From contig JBFLVN010000002.1 of the NCBI GenBank assembly GCA_040758475.1, positions 1-42,634 on the forward strand: a stretch of 42,634 nt of DNA. The letters are read 5' to 3'. Below are positions 41,760-42,634 of the stretch, piece by piece (within the stretch, counting starts at the first letter, position 1; every line of letters starts with the position of its first letter). Both the position numbers and the translations under genes were made by a program. Under the pieces are notes generated by a model. It searched no databases. It had not been told where the DNA came from and saw only the letters and a list, made by a program, of their open reading frames with translations. Source of the DNA: Bdellovibrionota bacterium. Its GTDB lineage: Bacteria; JAGRBM01.

Positions 41760-42634
41760 ATGGCTTTTCCCATCCTTTGCGTCGGTTCCGTCGCCCTCGA
41801 TACGGTCGAAACGCCCTTCGGGCAGGCCAAGGAAGCCCTCGGGGGATCGGCCACTTATTTTTCCTATTCCGCGAGCGCCTTGGCGCCCGTGCGCCTCGTC
41901 GCGGTGGTGGGGGAGGATTTCCCCCAAAGGCACCTCGCGCTCCTTCGTAAGCGGCGCGTCGATCTTTCGGGGCTCCAGGTCGTCTCCGGCGGCAGGACGT
42001 TCCGCTGGCACGGGAAATTCGGCGACAACCTGAACGAGGCCGTCACACTCCGGACGGAACTCAACGTGTTCGAAACCTTCCGCCCGGAAATCCCTTCCAG
42101 ATTCCGTGATTCACCGGTCGTCTTTCTTGCGAACATCGATCCGGAACTCCAGATGGAAGTTCTCGGCCAGGTGAAGAATCCAAAGATCGTTCTCTGCGAC
42201 ACGATGAACCTCTGGATCGAGACGAAGATCGCTTCTCTTCGCAAGCTCCTCCGCCGGGTGGACGTCATCACCTTGAACGAAGGGGAGGCGCGGCTCCTGA
42301 CCGAAAAATTAAACCTTGCTTCCTGCGCGAGGGAGATTCTCAAGATGGGGCCTAGGCGCGTCGTCATCAAACGGGGGGAGTACGGCGCGACGACGTTTAC
42401 GAAGGACAATTTCTTCGCCTTGCCGGCCTATCCGCTCGAGGAAATCGAAGACCCCACGGGCGCGGGGGATACGTTCGCGGGCGGCGTGGTGGGGGAACTG
42501 GCGCGCCTCGAACGCTTCGATGAGGCCTCCTTCCGCCGGGCGCTCGTCCGGGGGAGCGTCCACGCCTCTTTCGTGGTCGAAGGCTTTTCGCTCGAAGGCT
42601 TAAAGCGCGCGACGCCGGGGGCCCGGTCCCGGCG
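41760..42634 (+). CDS. PfkB-family (ribokinase-like) carbohydrate/nucleoside kinase, 3' end cut by window edge
   Basis: This ORF is not in the supplied track. My own translation from ATG 41760 gives MAFPILCVGSVALDTVETPFGQAKEALGGSATYFSYSASAL...VDVITLNEGEARLL...DPTGAGDTFAGGVVGEL with no stop to 42634. GAGD is the PfkB signature-2 motif. Confidence 0.85.
   Translation, partial: MAFPILCVGSVALDTVETPFGQAKEALGGSATYFSYSASALAPVRLVAVVGEDFPQRHLALLRKRRVDLSGLQVVSGGRTFRWHGKFGDNLNEAVTLRTELNVFETFRPEIPSRFRDSPVVFLANIDPELQMEVLGQVKNPKIVLCDTMNLWIETKIASLRKLLRRVDVITLNEGEARLLTEKLNLASCAREILKMGPRRVVIKRGEYGATTFTKDNFFALPAYPLEEIEDPTGAGDTFAGGVVGELARLERFDEASFRRALVRGSVHASFVVEGFSLEGLKRATPGARSR

Noticed and set aside
41864-42409. 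181-aa minus-strand ORF listed in the track
   Set aside because: The opposite strand encodes an uninterrupted PfkB-family kinase with the GAGD signature. The minus-strand product has no recognisable features.

Overview
GC-rich bacterial chromosomal window from a diderm organism (many lipobox and Sec signal peptides; taxon not assignable by eye). I found no CRISPR array, transposase, integrase or phage genes. The window starts inside dnaE. From about 1.7 to 24.2 kb, twelve consecutive plus-strand genes all appear to encode exported or envelope proteins. These are two paralogous LPP20/FlgP-like proteins, a transglutaminase-like protein, a TPR/SLH-like lipoprotein and, after an intrinsic terminator, a tightly packed 8-gene unit at 7506-24246. 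That unit encodes a FlgT-like protein, a CsgG-like lipoprotein, a PEGA lipoprotein, a FecR-domain protein, a 1205-aa AsmA/YdbH-like protein, a YdbL(DUF1318)-like lipoprotein, a 2668-aa lipoprotein (TolB-like propeller, TPR arrays, two CHAT-like modules) and a second FecR-domain protein. It has no curli subunits, flagellar genes, sigma factor or TonB receptor next to it. I consider it the best candidate for an undescribed envelope system. The rest of the window looks like housekeeping: SulP/STAS permease, PQQ-type sugar dehydrogenase fused to a 2x CXXCH domain, MltD-like lytic transglycosylase, tRNA-Val(CAC), a secreted helical protein, a second AsmA-family protein start/stop-coupled to a C-N hydrolase, an acyl-CoA dehydrogenase pair, a lipoprotein, a DAG-kinase-like lipid kinase, MTAP, and a PfkB kinase that is missing from the supplied ORF track. 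All family calls rest on motif recognition by eye, not on searches.
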